A stretch of DNA of 64,000 bases from Candidatus Eiseniibacteriota bacterium (GTDB lineage: Bacteria; Eisenbacteria; RBG-16-71-46). The stretch is taken from NCBI GenBank assembly GCA_044223005.1, contig JBGAML010000007.1:128001-192000 (forward strand), written 5' to 3'. A model generated the notes under the pieces. It worked only from the letters and a program-made list of their open reading frames with translations. It did no database searches and was not told the origin of the DNA. Made by a program: the position numbers and the translations under genes. Positions 29,278 through 38,958 of the stretch are shown here, piece by piece (position 1 is the stretch's first letter; every line of letters begins with the position of its first letter).

Positions 29278-30425
29278 AGCCGCGCATGGTGATCCTGTTC
29301 GTGGACGCCCTCGGCTGGCGGCTCGCGGGCGCGCGGACCGGTTTCGCCGCGCCGCTCGTGCAGCGCCGCGAACTCGCCACGATCCTCGGCTTCAGCGCCG
29401 GCGCGCTGCCGACCGCGTTCACGGGCCGCCTGCCGCGCGAGCACGGCCGCTGGCTCATGTACCGGCGCGCGTTCGGCAACGACACGCCGTTCGCGGGCTT
29501 CGGCGTCCTCCGCGGGCTGCCCTCGCGCGTGCGCCGCAGCTGGCGGCTGGGGCAGTGGCTCACGCGCCGCGTCGCCGCGCGCGGCGTGGCCGGCTACTTC
29601 AACCTCTACGACGTGCCGCGTGACGAGCTCGCGTACTTCGACCTCGCCGAACGCGCCGACATCTTCCGGCCCGGCGGACTGCCGCTGGATTCGCTCTGGG
29701 ATTCGCTCGAACGCCGCGGCCTGCGCTGGCGGGGCTGGAACTGGCGGACGCCCGAGGCGCAGGGGCTGGACGAGCTGCTCGGCCGGCTGCGCACCGGCGA
29801 CGACGACGTGCTGTTCCTGTACACCGCCGATCTCGACGCGCTGCTGCACCGCGAGGGTTCGCGCGGCGAGGGCGTGCGCGCACGCATGGATCGCTACGAC
29901 GCCTGGATCCGCGAGGCGTTCGCGACCGCGTCCGGCGGCCGGCCGCTCTGGTTCTATCTCTGCTCCGACCACGGCATGGTCGACGTCACCGCGACCGTCG
30001 ACGTGATGGCGCGGCTCGAGGGCCTGCCGGTGCGGCGCGGACGCGACTACCTCGCGTTCTTCGATTCGACGATGGCGCGCTTCTGGTGGCTGCGTCCCGA
30101 GGCGCGTCCGACGGTGCTGGCGGCGCTGGGCGCGGAATCGCGCGGCCGCTGGCTGTCGGCGGCGGAACTCGCTCGCGAGGGCGCGGACTTCACCCGGCAC
30201 GAGTACGGCGACGACATGTTCCTGCTCGAGCCCGGGGCGCTCGCGGTGCCGTCGTGGATGGGTGAGCGCCCGGTGGCGGCCATGCACGGCTACGACCCGG
30301 CCCACCCCGACATGGCCGCGATCCTCGCGACGAACCGCGATCTGCCGGCCGGCGTGCGGCACCTCGCGGACCTGCGCGGCTTCCTCGAATCGGAGCTCGA
30401 CCAGCTCGCGAAGGGGGCGGCATGA
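29274..30425 (+). CDS. alkaline phosphatase superfamily (NPP/phosphodiesterase-like) protein
   Basis: ILFVDALG, GFSAGALPTAFTG, DLDALLH, SDHGM, AMHGYDP metal-ligand motifs; GTGA overlap with the upstream gene. Confidence 0.8.
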   Translation: MKPRMVILFVDALGWRLAGARTGFAAPLVQRRELATILGFSAGALPTAFTGRLPREHGRWLMYRRAFGNDTPFAGFGVLRGLPSRVRRSWRLGQWLTRRVAARGVAGYFNLYDVPRDELAYFDLAERADIFRPGGLPLDSLWDSLERRGLRWRGWNWRTPEAQGLDELLGRLRTGDDDVLFLYTADLDALLHREGSRGEGVRARMDRYDAWIREAFATASGGRPLWFYLCSDHGMVDVTATVDVMARLEGLPVRRGRDYLAFFDSTMARFWWLRPEARPTVLAALGAESRGRWLSAAELAREGADFTRHEYGDDMFLLEPGALAVPSWMGERPVAAMHGYDPAHPDMAAILATNRDLPAGVRHLADLRGFLESELDQLAKGAA

Positions 30426-32017
30426 AGCCCGGCGAGGTGGCGCGGAATCTCTCGCGCGGCGCCTTCTTCCTCGGCGCCGAGAAGGCCGTCGCCAGCGCGT
30501 CGACGCTGCTCTACTCGGCCCTCATCGCGCGCTGGCTGGGTCCCACCAAGTACGGCATGTTCACGCTCGCCTTCTCGGTGGTGACGCTCGCGACCGCGTT
30601 CACGGGCAACTTCGAGACCTACCTCGAGCGCTACGCCGCGGAGTACCAGGTGCAGGGGCGCATCGGCGTCCTGCGGCGCGCCTACGCGCTCGCATTCGGC
30701 TGGAAGTTCGCGCTGGGCCTGATGGCGAGCGGGATCCTCGTCGCGATCGCGCCGTGGGTCGCGGAGCGCTACCGGATCGAGGAGCTGGGCTTCCTACTGC
30801 CGCTGCTCACCGCGTTCATCTTCACCGATGCGTTCACCACCACCGGGCGCGCGCTGCTGTTCGGCCTGCAGCGCTTCGAGTGGGTGAGCGGGCTCTCGCT
30901 GTTCTTCAACCTCGGCCGCACCGCGCTCGTGTGGGCCCTGTGGCACGAGAAGCAGGGGCTGCGCTCGCTCGCGATCGGCATGTCGGCGCTCGCGATCGGA
31001 CAGGGCCTGCTGATCGGCGGCGCGACGCTGTTCGTCCTCGCGCGCCACCGCGGCGAGGCGGACCCGGACGCGGGTCCGGCCGCGGAGGAGGGCGTCCCGC
31101 GCGGGCTCTTCCACCAGATGGTGGCGTACTGCGCGCCGCTCTACGGCGCCAACCTGTCGTTCCTGTCCGGGCAGAACCTCGGCAAGCTCGTGCTCGGCAT
31201 GCTGCTCGACCCGCAGATGCTCGGCTACTTCTCGTTCGCGTTCGGGACGATCGAGCGCTTCGTCGAAGTCGTGCACGCGCTGCCGCGGGCACTGCTGCCC
31301 TCGCTCACGCAGATCGTGGCGCTGCGCGACCGCGAACGGCTGCACTACGTCTTCGGGCAGGCGTTCCGGCTCGTGCAGGTGGTGGCGTGCCTCCTGTCGT
31401 TCGGGCTGTTCGTGTACGCGCGCGAGATCATCCTGCTGGTCGGCAGCCCTCTGTTCGAGCCGGCGGTGCCGTTGCTGCGGATCCTCGCGCTGGTGCCGCT
31501 CGTGCGGACCGCGCAGCAGCCGCTGACCATGCTTTTCCAGGCCCTGCGACGGCCCGGCGACGTGCTGCTGCTCGCGCTGGTCAAGCTCGTGGCCGAGATC
31601 GGCGGCTACTTCGCGCTGCTGCTGCCCCTGGGCGTCGCCGGCGCCTGCTGGGCCAATCTCGCGGGGGCGCTGGCCGCGTTCACGGGTGCGATGATCCTCG
31701 CGCACCGGCAGCTGCCCGAGGGCGACGACGAGCGCCTGGGCGCGATCGTGCGCGGCACCCTGCTCCTGGCGCCCGCGATGCTGCTGACGCTGGGGGCCGA
31801 CACCTGGCTCGGGCCCGAGCGGTCGCTGTTCGTCCGGTTGCCGCTGGCCATTCCCATCGTGCTCGGAATCTTCGCGCTCGGGCTCGTGAACCGGTACGAT
31901 CTGGAGAAACTCTCGTCCCTGAAGCTGCCGTCCGAGGCCGCCGGAACGGTACGCGACCGCATGGTCGCGGCCGCCGAGCGCCTCATCCGCGTGTTCGAGC
32001 CCCGGAGAACCGCATGA
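30422..32017 (+). CDS. Wzx-type oligosaccharide flippase
   Basis: Polytopic hydrophobic protein; IARWLGPTKYG, LGYFSFA, LLPSLT. Confidence 0.85.
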   Translation: MKPGEVARNLSRGAFFLGAEKAVASASTLLYSALIARWLGPTKYGMFTLAFSVVTLATAFTGNFETYLERYAAEYQVQGRIGVLRRAYALAFGWKFALGLMASGILVAIAPWVAERYRIEELGFLLPLLTAFIFTDAFTTTGRALLFGLQRFEWVSGLSLFFNLGRTALVWALWHEKQGLRSLAIGMSALAIGQGLLIGGATLFVLARHRGEADPDAGPAAEEGVPRGLFHQMVAYCAPLYGANLSFLSGQNLGKLVLGMLLDPQMLGYFSFAFGTIERFVEVVHALPRALLPSLTQIVALRDRERLHYVFGQAFRLVQVVACLLSFGLFVYAREIILLVGSPLFEPAVPLLRILALVPLVRTAQQPLTMLFQALRRPGDVLLLALVKLVAEIGGYFALLLPLGVAGACWANLAGALAAFTGAMILAHRQLPEGDDERLGAIVRGTLLLAPAMLLTLGADTWLGPERSLFVRLPLAIPIVLGIFALGLVNRYDLEKLSSLKLPSEAAGTVRDRMVAAAERLIRVFEPRRTA

Positions 32018-32718
32018 GCCCCCCGCGCGTGCTGGTGATCATCCCCGCCCACAACGAGGAGGAGAGCCTCCCCGGAACGCTCGCCCACCTGCGGGCCGCG
32101 GCTCCGGACGTGGCCGTTCTCGTCGTGGACGACGGCTCCCGCGACACGACCTCGGCCGTCGCGAAGGCGCACGGCGTCCCCGTCGTCCGGCACGCCACCA
32201 ACCTCGGCGTCGGCGGGGCGCTGCAGACCGGCTTCCGCTGGGCGTGGGACCACGGCTTCGACGTCGCGGTGCAGCTCGACGCCGACGGCCAGCACGATCC
32301 CGCCTACCTCGCGGCGCTGCTCGAACCGGTGCTGGCCGGGCGCTGCAACGTCTCGATCGGCTCGCGCTACGTGACCTCGACGGGCTACAAGGCGCCGCTC
32401 AACCGGCGGCTCGGCATGCTGCTCTTCTCGGGCGTCGTGAAGCTGGCACTGGGGCAGACGATCACCGACACGACCTCGGGCTTCCGCGCCTACGACCGCG
32501 CGGTGATCGGCGTCTGCCGCTGGGAGTTCCCCAAGGATTTCCCGGACGCGCCGCTGCTCATCGACCTCGCCCGCCGGGGTTTCCGGCTGCTCGAGGTGCC
32601 CGTGGTGATGCGCGAGCGGGTGGCCGGCCGATCCTTCTACACACTGGGCAAGCAGCTGTACTACCCCTACAAGAACCTGCTGGCGTCGCTCATGGCCTTC
32701 ATCCGGCGTCCCGCCTGA
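32014..32718 (+). CDS. GT2 polyprenol-phosphate glycosyltransferase (DPM/GtrB/GacI-like)
   Basis: IIPAHNEE, VVDDGSRD, NLGVGGALQTG, QLDADGQH, DTTSGFR. Confidence 0.9.
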   Translation: MSPPRVLVIIPAHNEEESLPGTLAHLRAAAPDVAVLVVDDGSRDTTSAVAKAHGVPVVRHATNLGVGGALQTGFRWAWDHGFDVAVQLDADGQHDPAYLAALLEPVLAGRCNVSIGSRYVTSTGYKAPLNRRLGMLLFSGVVKLALGQTITDTTSGFRAYDRAVIGVCRWEFPKDFPDAPLLIDLARRGFRLLEVPVVMRERVAGRSFYTLGKQLYYPYKNLLASLMAFIRRPA

Positions 32719-32731
32719 CGCGGAGGTATTC

Positions 32732-33109
32732 GTGCACTTCCTCTCCCGGACCCAGGTGATCGTCGCGGTGGGCGCGGTGCTGCTCGCGCTCTACGTGCTC
32801 GATCTGGTGCGCCGCCGGCGCCTGTCGGAGGAGTACTCGCTGCTGTGGGTGGTCGCCACGCTGACGATCGCGGTGCTCGGCTTCTCGACGCCGCTGCTCG
32901 AGGCCATCACCCACCTGCTCGGCGTGGTGATGGAAGTGTCGACGGTGTTCGCCATCGGGCTCGGGTTCGCCCTGAGCATGCTGCTGTACCTCAGCGTCCG
33001 CCTGTCGCGGCTGGGGATGGAGAAGGACGCACTGGTGCGTGAGCTGGCGCTGCTGCGCCACGAGTTCGAGGCCGTCCGCGACGCGGCGGCCGGGAGGGAG
33101 GCGCGGTGA
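32732..33109 (+). CDS. DUF2304-like small membrane protein
   Basis: Three TMs; VRRRRLSEEYSLLW, LSVRLSRL...LVRELALL; directly after a GT2. Confidence 0.8.
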   Translation: MHFLSRTQVIVAVGAVLLALYVLDLVRRRRLSEEYSLLWVVATLTIAVLGFSTPLLEAITHLLGVVMEVSTVFAIGLGFALSMLLYLSVRLSRLGMEKDALVRELALLRHEFEAVRDAAAGREAR

Positions 33110-34098
33110 AGCGGACGCTGCAACTGACGGTGGGGATCGCGATCTCCGTCGTCTGCATCTGGCTGTCGATGCGCGAAGTGAAGCTCGACGAGGTCCTGCG
33201 CGTGCTCGAAGGCGCGAACCTCTGGGGCTTCCTCGCCGTCTGCGTCCTCACGATCCTCGGCTTCTGGATCCGCGCCGTGCGCTGGCGCTTCTTCATCCAG
33301 ACCCCGCAGCCACCGACGACGCTCAACCTCTTCAGCGCGACGATGGTCGGCTTCATGGCGAACAACGTGCTGCCGCTGCGCCTCGGCGAGTTCGTCCGCC
33401 CCTGGGTGCTCGCGCGCCGAGAGAAGCTGCCCAACAGCATGCTGCTCGCGACCGTCGTGATCGAGCGCGCGATCGACATGCTCACGCTGCTCGCGATCTT
33501 CGGCATCTCGCTGATCCTGCACCCGATCGCCGAAACGACCGAGGCCGGGGCGCTCGTCCAGAAGGGCGCGCGGCTCCTGCTCGTGCTCTGCGTCGTGCTC
33601 ACGGCCGGCGTCGTGATCAGCGAGCGCAACCGCGGGCTCGCGCACGGCATGCTGCGCGTCCTGCCCGCCGGCGTGCGGGATCGCGCCGGGCGGCTGCTGG
33701 ATCGCTTCCTCGACGGCTTCGGGCTCTTCCGCGACCTGGGCAAGCTCGTGCAGGTGTTCCTGCTCTCGTTCGCGATGTTCCTCTGCTACGCCGTCGCGCT
33801 GCAGATCAGCATGTGGGCGCTGCACATCGACGTCCCGCTCTACACCGGACTCGTGATGCTCGTGGTCACGGCCATCGGGATCATGGTGCCGGCGGCGCCC
33901 GGCTACGTCGGCACGCTCAACTACTCCTGCGTGGTCGGCATGGCGCTGTTCGACGTCGGCAAGGCGCCGGCGAGCGCGCTGGGCTGGTTCTACTTCGTCA
34001 GCCAGTGGCTGCCCATCACGGCGGTCGGGCTGGTCTTCCTGAACCGGGAAGGACTCTCGCTCAAGTCGATCGGCCAGGTGCGCGGCGAGCACGAATGA
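33106..34098 (+). CDS. lysylphosphatidylglycerol synthase TM-domain / UPF0104 flippase-like protein
   Basis: RAVRWR, GFMANNVLPLRLGEFVR, VIERAID, PAAPGYVG. Confidence 0.85.
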   Translation: MKRTLQLTVGIAISVVCIWLSMREVKLDEVLRVLEGANLWGFLAVCVLTILGFWIRAVRWRFFIQTPQPPTTLNLFSATMVGFMANNVLPLRLGEFVRPWVLARREKLPNSMLLATVVIERAIDMLTLLAIFGISLILHPIAETTEAGALVQKGARLLLVLCVVLTAGVVISERNRGLAHGMLRVLPAGVRDRAGRLLDRFLDGFGLFRDLGKLVQVFLLSFAMFLCYAVALQISMWALHIDVPLYTGLVMLVVTAIGIMVPAAPGYVGTLNYSCVVGMALFDVGKAPASALGWFYFVSQWLPITAVGLVFLNREGLSLKSIGQVRGEHE

Positions 34099-34127
34099 CC
34101 CGCCGAGCCCCCCGGATCACGGCCGCG

Positions 34128-35351
34128 TCAGCGGCGGAACGCGCGCGCGATCTTGCGGACGGCGTCGCAGACGTCGTCGGCGTCGCGATCGCTCATCCGC
34201 GGGAACAGCGGCAGCGTGATCGCGCGGCGGAACGCGTCCTCGGCGACCGGGAACGATTCGGGCCGCGCCTGCAGGCTGTCGCGGAAGTGCGGGTGGCGGT
34301 GGATCGGGATGAAGTGCACCGACGTCCCGATGTTCTCCGCGCGCAGTTCCGCGATGAACCGGGCCCGGTCGATGGTCAGCCGTTCCAGCTCGAGCGCGAT
34401 GGGGAAGAGGTGCCAGGCGTGCGTGACGTCCGGGCGCGCGACCGGCGTGCGGACCTCGGGCACGTCGGCGAGGTTGGCGCGCATGCGCTCCACCAGCTCG
34501 GCGCGGCGGCGCTGGAACTCCGGGAAGCGGTCGAGCTGCCCGACGCCGATCGCCGCGAGCACGTCGCTCAGGTTGTACTTCCAACCGGGCGCCACGACCT
34601 CGTAGAACCACGAGCCCGTGTCGCTGTAGCGCTTCCACGCATCGCGGCTCATGCCGTGCAGGCTCAGCAGCTGGATGCGTTCGGCGATCGCCGGATCGTC
34701 GGTGACCGCGGCGCCGCCCTCGCCGGTGCTGAGGTTCTTGGTGGCGTAGAACGAGAAGGCGGTCACGTCGGCGAGCGAGCCCACGGGCCGGCCGCGGTAG
34801 GCGGCGCCCAGCGCGTGCGCGGCGTCGTCCACGATCTTGAGGCCGTGCGCCGTCGCGAGCGGCTGCAGCGCGTCGTAGTCGCAGGGCTGGCCGCCGTAGT
34901 CGACCGTGAGGATCGCGCGCGTGCGCGGGCCGATCGCGGCCTCGACGTGGCGCGGGTCGAGGTTCAGCGTGTCCGGTTCGACGTCCACCAGCACGGGCTT
35001 CGCGCGGACGTGCTCGATCACGTTGACCGTCGCGGCGAACGTCCACGTGGACGTGATCACTTCATCGCCGGGTCCGATGCCGAGGGCCTCCAGCGCGAGG
35101 TGCAGTGCGCCGGTCGCGCTGTTCACGGCCACGGCGTGCTTCGCGCCGGCGATTTCGGCGACGCGCTTCGCGAGTTCCTGCGTGCGCGGCCCCGTCGTGA
35201 TCCAGCCGGATTCGAGCGACTCGAGCACGAGCTGCTTCTCGCGCTCGCCGATCCACGGCACGGCGATCGGCAGGAACGTGTCGCGCACGGGGCGCCCACC
35301 CTGCGAGGCGAGCGCGCCGGTGGGCGTCTCGGAGGCGTTGGGATCGATCAT
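34128..35351 (-). CDS. DegT/DnrJ/EryC1/StrS PLP-dependent sugar aminotransferase
   Basis: SGWITTGP, NSATGALHLAL, DDAAHA, FSFYATKNLSTGEGG, TLPLFP. Confidence 0.93.
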   Translation of the reverse strand: MIDPNASETPTGALASQGGRPVRDTFLPIAVPWIGEREKQLVLESLESGWITTGPRTQELAKRVAEIAGAKHAVAVNSATGALHLALEALGIGPGDEVITSTWTFAATVNVIEHVRAKPVLVDVEPDTLNLDPRHVEAAIGPRTRAILTVDYGGQPCDYDALQPLATAHGLKIVDDAAHALGAAYRGRPVGSLADVTAFSFYATKNLSTGEGGAAVTDDPAIAERIQLLSLHGMSRDAWKRYSDTGSWFYEVVAPGWKYNLSDVLAAIGVGQLDRFPEFQRRRAELVERMRANLADVPEVRTPVARPDVTHAWHLFPIALELERLTIDRARFIAELRAENIGTSVHFIPIHRHPHFRDSLQARPESFPVAEDAFRRAITLPLFPRMSDRDADDVCDAVRKIARAFRR

Positions 35352-35422
35352 GCAGCCAGTGTAGGGCTCGCGCCACCTCCGGCGCCAGCGCGGACACGCT
35401 GAGCCGAGAGGAACCGTCCCCC

Positions 35423-36961
35423 ATGCATCCGCGCAAGTTCATCCGCGATTCGATCGGCTACGCCTTCGCCCAGTACGTGGTGCGGGCGACGCTCATGCTG
35501 CGCGGCCTGATCGCCGCGCGCGTGCTCGGGCCGTACCTCTACGGCGCCTGGAACGCGATCCAGATCGTGACCGAATACGGCAGCCTCGCCCCGTCGGGCT
35601 CGCAGCAGGGCCTCGACCAGATGGTGCCGCCGCGCATCGTGTCGGGCGACGCGGCGGGACTCGATCGCGTGAAGCGCGCCGCCCTGTTCAACATCGCGCT
35701 GCTCTCGGGCCTGTTCGCGATGGGCTGCCTGCTGCTCGGCACGTTCGGACACAGCCGCATGCTGCACTGGTGGGGGCTCGCCGGTATCGGGGCCGCGATG
35801 GTGTGCGCCATCTCGACCAACCTCGCCAACTACCAGACCTCGATCATGCGCTCACACGGCGACATCACGACGGCCAGCCTCTTCCTGACGCTGCAGGGCG
35901 CCGTCGGGGGCATCCTCGGGCTGGCATTGCTGCCGTGGATGAAGGCGTGGGGGCTGCTGTTCGGGTGGATGGTGGGCTGTCTCGTCGCGCTGATCTTCTC
36001 GTCGGTGCGGTCGCGGACGTTCGCGCCGCTGGTGCCGCGGCCGGCCGCCGAGAGCATCGATCTCGTGCAGATCGGCTTCCCGATGTACGTGTACCTCGCG
36101 TCCACGATCGTGATGCGCAATCTCGACCGTCTCATCATCCTGCGCTACCTCAGCACCGACGCGCTCGGCTACTACAGCCTGTCCGTGATGGCGCTCGCGT
36201 TCCTGCTCTACGTGCCCGACTCGGTGTCGTACGTGCTCTATCCGCAGCTGCTGCGCGAATACGGCGCGTCCGGCCGCCGGCCCGAGGCGATCCGGCCGCG
36301 CGTGGAGCGGGTGCTGCAGGCGAGCTCGATCATGGTCCCGGCGATGTGCGGCGTGGCGTTCGTGCTCGCGCCGACGCTGGTGGCGCTCGTGCTGCCCAAG
36401 TTCGTGCCGGGCGTGGGCGCGCTGCGCGTGCTGTGCTTCGGCGCGGCGGCGCTCGCGTTCTCGAACCTCGCGTCCAACGTGCTCATGACGGTCGAGCGCC
36501 AGATGGTGATCATGCCCGCGGCGGTGTTCGCCGTCGTGGTGTACGCCGCGCTGGACCTCGCCGCGGTCAAGCTGGGCTACGGCATCCAGGGCGTGGCGTG
36601 GGCCACGCTGTCGTCGTACGCCCTGAGCAGCGCGGTGCTGGTAAGCCTCGCGTTCGGTGGCCTCGGGCTGCCGGCGCGTGCCGTGTTCGCGACCGTCGGG
36701 CGGCTGTTCGCGCCGCTCGTGGTCGCGCTCCTGCTCGTGAACGGCCTCGACCGCGTGCTGCCGTGGGCCGGCTCGCACGAAACGACCTTCATGATCCTGC
36801 GGCCCGCGGTCGCGCTCGCGAGCTTCCTGCTGCTCTACGCCCTCGCGATCCGCCCGCTCACGCGCGGCATGGGGCTGCGCGCCGTGCTCGCCGAGGTCGA
36901 CGTGCCCGTGATCGGCGGGCTCGTGCGCCGGCTCACCGGCGGCCGGCGGGAGGGCGCATGA
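35423..36961 (+). CDS. second Wzx-type oligosaccharide flippase
   Basis: ARVLGPYLYG, DRLII, LGYYSL, VLYPQL; many TMs. Confidence 0.85.
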   Translation: MHPRKFIRDSIGYAFAQYVVRATLMLRGLIAARVLGPYLYGAWNAIQIVTEYGSLAPSGSQQGLDQMVPPRIVSGDAAGLDRVKRAALFNIALLSGLFAMGCLLLGTFGHSRMLHWWGLAGIGAAMVCAISTNLANYQTSIMRSHGDITTASLFLTLQGAVGGILGLALLPWMKAWGLLFGWMVGCLVALIFSSVRSRTFAPLVPRPAAESIDLVQIGFPMYVYLASTIVMRNLDRLIILRYLSTDALGYYSLSVMALAFLLYVPDSVSYVLYPQLLREYGASGRRPEAIRPRVERVLQASSIMVPAMCGVAFVLAPTLVALVLPKFVPGVGALRVLCFGAAALAFSNLASNVLMTVERQMVIMPAAVFAVVVYAALDLAAVKLGYGIQGVAWATLSSYALSSAVLVSLAFGGLGLPARAVFATVGRLFAPLVVALLLVNGLDRVLPWAGSHETTFMILRPAVALASFLLLYALAIRPLTRGMGLRAVLAEVDVPVIGGLVRRLTGGRREGA

Positions 36962-38958
36962 GCGCGCCGGGCTTCCGCGCGTCGCTGCCGCTCGCGCCGC
37001 GCGTCGTGTTCGTCGCGGCGGCGCTGCTCGCGGCGTTCGCCGCCGCGCTGCCCGCGCCGCTCGCGGCTGCCGCGCTCGCGGTGACGTTCCTCGTCGCGCC
37101 GGGCGTGCTCGTCTCGCGCGCCACGTTCGGCGCCTCGTCGCGCGAGATCCCGGCCGCGGCCGCGCTCGCGCTCGCGCCCGCGCTCACGGGCATCCCGGTC
37201 GTCGCGCTCATGGCGGTGGGCGTCCCGCTCGCCGCGGCCGCGCGCGCCGTCGCGTTCGCCGTCGCCGTCGCGTCGCTGCTGCCGTCACCGGCGCGCGGCC
37301 CGGACGCTGCGCCGGGCGACGCGACCGCGCGAGCCGCGTGGCTCGCCGCAGCGGCGTGGACGCTGCTGATGGGCGCGCTGCTCGTGGGCAACCGCTACCT
37401 GCCGCCGCGCTCGGACGGCTGGTACCACGCCGCGACGACGCTGCAGGTGCTGCAGCGCGGCATCCCGCCCGAGGATCCGTTCTTCGCGGGCATCCGGATG
37501 CTCTACTTCTGGGGGCTGCACGTGTGGGCGGCGGCCTGGCTCGCACTGGCGCCGCGACTCGCCGTGTGGACGCCGTTCGTGTGCTTCAACCTCGCGGCGG
37601 CGACGGCCGTCGTGCTCGCGATCGGCGGGCTCGCGCGGCGCCTGGGTGCCGGCCCGCGGCTCGTGGCGTTCGCGGCGGCTCTCGCCACGCTCGGCTATTC
37701 GCCGTTCGGCTGGATGCTCGTGGGTGGGCGGGCGATGACCGGCGACGTGCGTGGGCTGCCCGAACTCCGGCGGCTCGTCATGCAGGGCGTGGATCCCCTG
37801 CTCGGATCGATGGCGGCGCGGCAGCTGCACGGTTCGATGTCGTTCTTCGGCGACAAGTACCTCGTGCTGACCCAGTTTTCGCTGGGGCTGGCGCAGTTCG
37901 CGCTCTTCGTGATCGCTGCGCTGGAACTGTCCGAGCGTCCGCGGCCGCGGGCGGCGTTCGCGCTCGGCCTGCTGGTGCTGGCGGCGCTGTTCACGCACAC
38001 CGTGATCGGCTACGTGATGCTGCTCGTCGCCGCGCCGCTCGGGCTGCTGCTGCTCGCGCGCGCGCTGCGCCGCGAGCCGGGCGCGTGGAGCGCAGTGTTC
38101 GCTCTCTCGCTCGCCGTGGTGCTGCCCCTGGTGCTGCTCTCGCCGTACCTCGTCGAGATCACCATGGGTAAGCGCGGGCAGTTCCACGCCGGATTCTCGC
38201 TGCCCAGCGTCGTGACGATGCTCGCCGGCGGGCTCGCCTACGTGGTTCCCGGGTTCGCGTGGCTCCAGGGACGGGCACGGCGTTCGCGCGAGGCGCAGCC
38301 GCTGCTGCTCGTGGCGGTGGTGCTGGCGATCCTCGCGATGAGCCTGAAGCTCCCGGAGAACAACCAGAGCAAGTTCTTCAACCTGCTCTTCCTCGTGCTC
38401 GCGGCGCCGGCGGCGTTCGCGTGGGCCGGCTGGCTCGGCGGCCGCTCGCCGCGCGTGCGCCGGATCGGCACCGTCGCGCTCGCGTGCGGCATCGTGCCCA
38501 CGGCCGCGTTCGCGGTGTGGGGCTTCGCGAACGAGCACGGGCAGACGTGGCAGGGCTGGAAGCCGCCCTCCGCCGCGATGATCGAGGCGATGGCGTGGGC
38601 GCGTACGCACACGCCGCCCGACGCCGCGTTCTGCGACATCGGCGGCGGCCAGGAGGTGCTGACCCTGGCGGGCCGCAGCGTGATCTGGGGAGGCTATTCG
38701 GGTGAGCGCGACTACGGCTACGATCCGGAGGCGATTCGCGCACGGCGCGATCTCGCCGGCTCGCTCTGCCGCGGTCTCGATCCCGGCCCATCGGGCGCGG
38801 CGCTGCTCGCGGGCTTTCCGCGGGAGGTGATCGTGATGACCCGCGCCGGCATGCCGGATTCGCTTTCGGACCACGGCCGCGTCGCGGCCCGGCCCGAACG
38901 ATTCGAGCCGCTGTGGCACGACGCCGAGATCGCGTTCTGGAGGGTGCGGCGGCCATGA
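36958..38958 (+). CDS. GT-C-like polytopic membrane protein (DUF2298/YYY-like)
   Basis: SDGWYH loop, PPEDPFFAG..LYFWG.H, many TMs, C-terminal AMAWARTHTPPDA domain. Confidence 0.6.
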   Translation: MSAPGFRASLPLAPRVVFVAAALLAAFAAALPAPLAAAALAVTFLVAPGVLVSRATFGASSREIPAAAALALAPALTGIPVVALMAVGVPLAAAARAVAFAVAVASLLPSPARGPDAAPGDATARAAWLAAAAWTLLMGALLVGNRYLPPRSDGWYHAATTLQVLQRGIPPEDPFFAGIRMLYFWGLHVWAAAWLALAPRLAVWTPFVCFNLAAATAVVLAIGGLARRLGAGPRLVAFAAALATLGYSPFGWMLVGGRAMTGDVRGLPELRRLVMQGVDPLLGSMAARQLHGSMSFFGDKYLVLTQFSLGLAQFALFVIAALELSERPRPRAAFALGLLVLAALFTHTVIGYVMLLVAAPLGLLLLARALRREPGAWSAVFALSLAVVLPLVLLSPYLVEITMGKRGQFHAGFSLPSVVTMLAGGLAYVVPGFAWLQGRARRSREAQPLLLVAVVLAILAMSLKLPENNQSKFFNLLFLVLAAPAAFAWAGWLGGRSPRVRRIGTVALACGIVPTAAFAVWGFANEHGQTWQGWKPPSAAMIEAMAWARTHTPPDAAFCDIGGGQEVLTLAGRSVIWGGYSGERDYGYDPEAIRARRDLAGSLCRGLDPGPSGAALLAGFPREVIVMTRAGMPDSLSDHGRVAARPERFEPLWHDAEIAFWRVRRP

